Shown here: piece by piece, positions 60,133 through 64,000 of the stretch
Position numbering within the stretch: position 1 is the stretch's first letter
Layout of the letters: each line of letters starts with the position of its first letter
NCBI GenBank assembly: GCA_017507385.1
Contig: JAFWAX010000013.1
Span: forward strand, 1-64,000
Origin: Bacteroidaceae bacterium
GTDB lineage: Bacteria > Bacteroidota > Bacteroidia > Bacteroidales > Bacteroidaceae
Direction: 5' to 3'
DNA length: 64,000 bases
Notes under the pieces: model-generated
Told to the model about the DNA's origin: nothing
Databases searched by the model: none
Seen by the model: only the letters and a program-made list of their open reading frames with translations
Made by a program: the position numbers and the translations under genes

Positions 60133-60198
60133 CAGTACCTCTTGGGAGGTACTCGAGTACCGGTATGGAGGTATTGCAGTACCTCCCAAGAGGTACTG
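60133..60198. repeat. long inverted repeat (21 bp arms CAGTACCTCTTGGGAGGTACT / AGTACCTCCCAAGAGGTACTG) overlapping an internal perfect palindrome GGTACTCGAGTACC
   Basis: Read directly. No T-tract follows, so it is not a canonical terminator. The two pairings are mutually exclusive. Confidence 0.6.
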
Positions 60199-60354
60199 GA
60201 CATGCAGTGCAGTGTACTAAAATAAGTTGCGGTATATCCGTTCATGCAGATGAGGGACTTTGCGTCTTATGCCGAACTCACCTTAATATTGATTTTTAGA
60301 CCCTCATTTCCTCATGCCTGAGAGGATAATTCATGTTTTCTCGCATTTTAATGA

Positions 60355-60394
60355 ACAAAAAAACCTCCCCGAACTTCACAGTCCAAGGAGGGGA
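60355..60394 (-). terminator. terminator of the large surface-protein gene
   Basis: Minus-strand CCCCTCC-loop-GGGGAGG (one mismatch) followed by TTTTTTT. Confidence 0.45.
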
Positions 60395-60487
60395 AATTAT
60401 TATAATTAACTTTTTTAACACTTATAATGAAGAGAATCTTCACGATAAATGTTCTTAGAAAGAGTTAAGCACCCTTAACTTCTTTCT

Positions 60488-63400
60488 TTACTTAATGATA
60501 GAACCATTAACAGAGTACTTCACACCATTCTTGATGATAACAATCTTACCGTTCTCAATGAACTTGCGAACAGCAGGAGCATCAGTTTCAACTTCCTCAA
60601 TGCTTACAGCCGGATCAACAAACTTCACATTGATAGTGTAGATTGCAGTCTGTCCGTTAGCCTTCAGAGCATACTTAACTGTGTAAGTCGCGCCTACAGC
60701 ATCTGCACCATTCATGTCACAGATCTCGAACGTAGGAACTGAAGGGAAGAACTTAACACAAATCTTGCTTTCACCTTCAGGAATCCAACCAACGAACTTA
60801 CCATCTGCATCACACCATCCGTCAATACCACCAGGACCAGGAGCAGCTTCTTCTGTTCCGTCCGGGTTCAAACCTACAAGTGTCGCATCAGTAACATTCT
60901 GAACTCCGAGGTGTGCAAGAGCCTCTGTAAAGTCAGGTTCAAATGCAGTTACCTCATATTCCATACCGATATTACGTTCAACATCAATTGTGAATTCCTT
61001 TGGAACTGGAGCATACTCATAAACCTCAACCTTAGCAATATCAACCTTACCTACGAACTTACCGCCCTGGAAGAGAATGTGAATATCCTTGTTTGCACTT
61101 TCCACAGTTGACTTAGGGAATGCAACCTCATAAATCTTATACTCTTCACTTGCAGTGAAGCTGAGCTGCTGGTACATAGAAGAAGCCCATGTTCCCATGC
61201 AGAGCTGTGCACCGCCATCAGCAGAAGCCTTCATGGTGATACGCACGACATAGTCATAACCCTTCTTGAGGTTGAACCAGTCACAGATGAATGGCTGCAA
61301 ATCCCATGGGTTTGCACGCTCAGCGTTATTCTCGATGAACATAGCGCCATCAGCCACGTCAAATGAAGTACCTTCTGGACCTTCCATTCTATAATATGGG
61401 TAAGAATCCTGAGTTGAGAAGTCAATAGTATGCATTGCTTCAACCTTAGTGTACTTCACGTTCTTGAATGAGAGCCAGCTGATATTATTTTCAGCAGCAA
61501 CATCAAACTTAACAGTGAGGACACCATCTGTACCTACATTAGCTTCAACCTGAACCTCCTTAACATAGAAGTTAGAACCGCCATTGTTGAAGTTGTAGTA
61601 AGTTCCGTCTGTTGCAGAAACTGGTTCTGCGTCATTAGCTGTGAATGTGATACCGTATGCAGCACCATCCTGTGCAGCGACACCGTTCTTGGTGCGAACA
61701 CGTGCGAGAGCTGATACGATGTACTTGCCAGATTCAACTCCATTCACTGTTGCTGTAAGCGTCTTAGCGCCGAGTGAAGCATCATCACCTGTAAAATATT
61801 CAAAGAATGGAACACGGAAGTTAGAACCGTCAGAATCACCTTCTACAGACCATGTGTTGATGTAATATGGACTCCAATCACCAGCCTTTGCATCCCATGC
61901 AGAAAGGAGGAGGTCGTCAACTGTGATGTTAGCGTGCCAACCAGTAGTGAGTGAAGGATTTTGCAGAGCCTTAGCTTCATCGTATGTCAATGTGCCTGCC
62001 TCATATTTCGCAGCCCACTTGCCATAGTACTCTTCGTATGCCTCAGCTGTGTAAACATTGTTAGCTTCAACGAGTTTCTTCATTTCTTCAAGAACCGGCT
62101 TCGCAAATTCCAAAGCCTTTGCTGCATTCACTGCCTCAGTGAGTGTCTTGATTGCAGCATTGTAAGCCTCTTCTGTGTTAGCGATAGTTGCAGTCTCATC
62201 GAGTGCTGCACCGAGGTTGAAGCGGATTCCTTCTGGAATCTCTGGATTAGCAACGTATCCATTTGCAGAAGCACGAAGGTCTTCAACCTGCTTGAAGAGA
62301 GAACCGAACATAATAGAACCGACCTCTGCATCTGGTCCGTAGTAAGTCAACTCGAAGTTGTCCCAAGTAGCCCAAATATCAGCACGACTAGATTCTAGGT
62401 TTATATTCAATTTACCATCAGTCACTTCAACCCCAAAGGTTACTTTGTACTGACCGTCGGCAAAGGCTTTTTCTATCTCTCCAATATCTAAAGTTTTGGT
62501 TGTAAAGAATTTAGCCGTATTTCCATTTACAGAAATGGTAGGAGTTGCACCTCCATCATATTCTTTAATGTTACGATCGTCATGGTAAGTGACAGCTACA
62601 TCTGCTGTGAATATATATGCGCCATTAGGAACATCGAGGATTTTGCCGTAATCCAGAGTATTGTTATAAGATTCTCCAAACATATCACCCCATTGCTGGT
62701 TTCCACCTTTACCAGTCCAACTATTTCTGTTGTTGCGTCCAAAACGTGCGTCAGGGATATAGAATGTTGCGTTTACAGGATTAGCTTCGGTTGCTTCAGC
62801 CATAGAAGCTATCATGTCAGCCTCTGAGATGATGGTCCAAAGTGCTTCCTTTGCATCGGCTGAAAGATTTCTGGCGATAACTGTAGTTTTGCCATCGTAA
62901 CCGAAGCAGTTCGTGCCATCAGAGATAGTGAAGTTGTCACCAGCCTCTTTAATTGTAAGTGCAAGTGGTGAACCGTTATCCATCCATTGACCATTGAAAT
63001 AGTACTGATTACCACCGTTTGAAACTTGTGACTCGAGATTGTAAGTGCCGTCCGCAGTGGCAATGAGAGTCACATATTCAGGAGTCTTTATAAGTGAAGC
63101 TGTTGTACCCCACTCATTTGCAGCACCCCAGTACATGCCTGTCTCAACATTCTTGAGGAAGTACTTGCCAGTAGCGAAGCCTTCGAACTCTGGCTCAACA
63201 ACCTTAACAATAGTCCAAAGTGAGTTGTCGTTCTGTTCCATGTTTGCAAGACACTCAGTTGCACCAGCTTCAGTACCAATCAGACCATTAGCCTCACCGA
63301 GCGTGTAGTAAACAGCGTCTGCAATCTTGACAGGAGTAACACTGATGACAGCCTTGGCCTCTGGCTTAGCAGACATAGTCCACTTGTTGGTGCTCAAAAG

Positions 63401-64000
63401 ACCTACGTAGAGACCTTCTGCGTTAGAGAGGTAGTAACCGCCCTCTGTTGCAGTCCAGCTGAATTCTGCAGCCTCAGCAGAAAGGCGAACGCCGTCAGCT
63501 TCGTCAGTGCTGTAAACAGAGAGGTAGCTTCCAGTTGACTTCTGAGCAAGCGCGTAAGTAACGCCAGCTTCTGGAGCAGTAGCAACAGGAGCGAATGCTG
63601 CAACAACCTCGTTGAGGGCGATTGTAGCAGCAGCAACAGCAGCTACATCCTCCTCTGCAGCAGCTTTCTCAGCATCATCAATAGCCTTTTCGATAGCCTC
63701 GAACTCAGCATCAGCATACATGAAGACAGCAGCGCCACGAACAGCGTCGTAAGATGCCACTTCTTCCTTAGCAGCTGCGATAGCCTCATTCAGTCCTTCA
63801 AGAGCAAGAGCGAGGTTTGTCAGTGTTTCAATCTTAATGTTCTGCACAAAGAGGTGAGGCATGTCGGCAGCACCTGCATTTGCAGCAACATAACCGAGAG
63901 AGAGTTTACCATAAGTGTCAGCATCGAGAGTGAAAGCAACTGCTACATTTGAAGCGCCTTCAGCAAATGCTGTTGCCTGTGCGAGATATTCTGTGCCGTC
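60488..64000 (-). CDS. large T9SS-sorted cell-surface protein (3' part; the gene's 5' end lies beyond the window's right edge)
   Basis: More than 1170 aa. The frame stays open to the window edge upstream of the first Met. C-terminal ~80 aa (..AVRKFIENGKIVIIKNGVKYSVNGSIIK) resembles the Por/T9SS C-terminal sorting domain. Internal Ala/Glu-rich linkers and repeated beta-rich modules. Confidence 0.65.
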   Translation of the reverse strand, partial: DGTEYLAQATAFAEGASNVAVAFTLDADTYGKLSLGYVAANAGAADMPHLFVQNIKIETLTNLALALEGLNEAIAAAKEEVASYDAVRGAAVFMYADAEFEAIEKAIDDAEKAAAEEDVAAVAAATIALNEVVAAFAPVATAPEAGVTYALAQKSTGSYLSVYSTDEADGVRLSAEAAEFSWTATEGGYYLSNAEGLYVGLLSTNKWTMSAKPEAKAVISVTPVKIADAVYYTLGEANGLIGTEAGATECLANMEQNDNSLWTIVKVVEPEFEGFATGKYFLKNVETGMYWGAANEWGTTASLIKTPEYVTLIATADGTYNLESQVSNGGNQYYFNGQWMDNGSPLALTIKEAGDNFTISDGTNCFGYDGKTTVIARNLSADAKEALWTIISEADMIASMAEATEANPVNATFYIPDARFGRNNRNSWTGKGGNQQWGDMFGESYNNTLDYGKILDVPNGAYIFTADVAVTYHDDRNIKEYDGGATPTISVNGNTAKFFTTKTLDIGEIEKAFADGQYKVTFGVEVTDGKLNINLESSRADIWATWDNFELTYYGPDAEVGSIMFGSLFKQVEDLRASANGYVANPEIPEGIRFNLGAALDETATIANTEEAYNAAIKTLTEAVNAAKALEFAKPVLEEMKKLVEANNVYTAEAYEEYYGKWAAKYEAGTLTYDEAKALQNPSLTTGWHANITVDDLLLSAWDAKAGDWSPYYINTWSVEGDSDGSNFRVPFFEYFTGDDASLGAKTLTATVNGVESGKYIVSALARVRTKNGVAAQDGAAYGITFTANDAEPVSATDGTYYNFNNGGSNFYVKEVQVEANVGTDGVLTVKFDVAAENNISWLSFKNVKYTKVEAMHTIDFSTQDSYPYYRMEGPEGTSFDVADGAMFIENNAERANPWDLQPFICDWFNLKKGYDYVVRITMKASADGGAQLCMGTWASSMYQQLSFTASEEYKIYEVAFPKSTVESANKDIHILFQGGKFVGKVDIAKVEVYEYAPVPKEFTIDVERNIGMEYEVTAFEPDFTEALAHLGVQNVTDATLVGLNPDGTEEAAPGPGGIDGWCDADGKFVGWIPEGESKICVKFFPSVPTFEICDMNGADAVGATYTVKYALKANGQTAIYTINVKFVDPAVSIEEVETDAPAVRKFIENGKIVIIKNGVKYSVNGSIIK

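Noticed and set aside
1-64000. CRISPR arrays or cas genes
   Set aside because: No regularly spaced direct repeats with unique spacers anywhere. The repeats found are palindromic REP or MITE-like elements, or coding minisatellites.

Overview
Chromosomal segment from a Bacteroidales genome (Prevotella/Bacteroides-like; Bacteroidetes-type ribosomal proteins, T9SS C-terminal sorting domain, Fkp fucose salvage enzyme, TAnnTTTG promoter motifs). About 55 densely packed genes at roughly 45-50% GC by eye. No tools were run; all calls rest on reading the ORF translations and the DNA directly. Left to right: (1) 5' part of a tyrosine integrase (3' end beyond the window edge) next to tRNA-Lys(TTT), so a mobile element lies to the left of the window; (2) fucose salvage pair fkp (bifunctional fucokinase/GDP-fucose pyrophosphorylase) and fucP; (3) AI-2E transporter and rsmI; (4) a 3.6 kb block of five small genes bracketed by two inverted copies of a ~165 bp structured repeat; (5) GH51 arabinofuranosidase, an orphan high-GC vsr and tRNA-Pro(GGG); (6) nitroreductase, bcp, HAD hydrolase; (7) a 540 bp intergenic spacer made of nested long palindromes, including a perfect 28 bp inverted repeat; (8) DUF1846 protein, NfeD-flotillin pair, glmM, ECF sigma/anti-sigma/secreted-protein triad, ROK kinase, esterase, rfbD; (9) prfC interrupted by an in-frame TGA; (10) tsaC, ClC channel, fmt, sigma factor, hemW, EF-G paralog, a two-component system, rpsF-rpsR-rplI; (11) a very AT-rich three-gene Type II restriction-modification cassette (putative endonuclease, DpnA-like beta-class methylase, Dam/DpnM-like methylase) followed by about 850 bp of non-coding DNA, inserted after rplI; (12) GH2 hydrolase and a rhamnose operon (rhaD, MFS transporter, rhaA with TGG->TAG at a conserved Trp, rhaB); (13) pflB-pflA; (14) a 1124+ aa T9SS-sorted surface protein (5' end beyond the window edge). 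Three dispersed intergenic repeat families were found by eye, including two identical 95 bp copies with a perfect 15 bp palindrome lying 22.7 kb apart.
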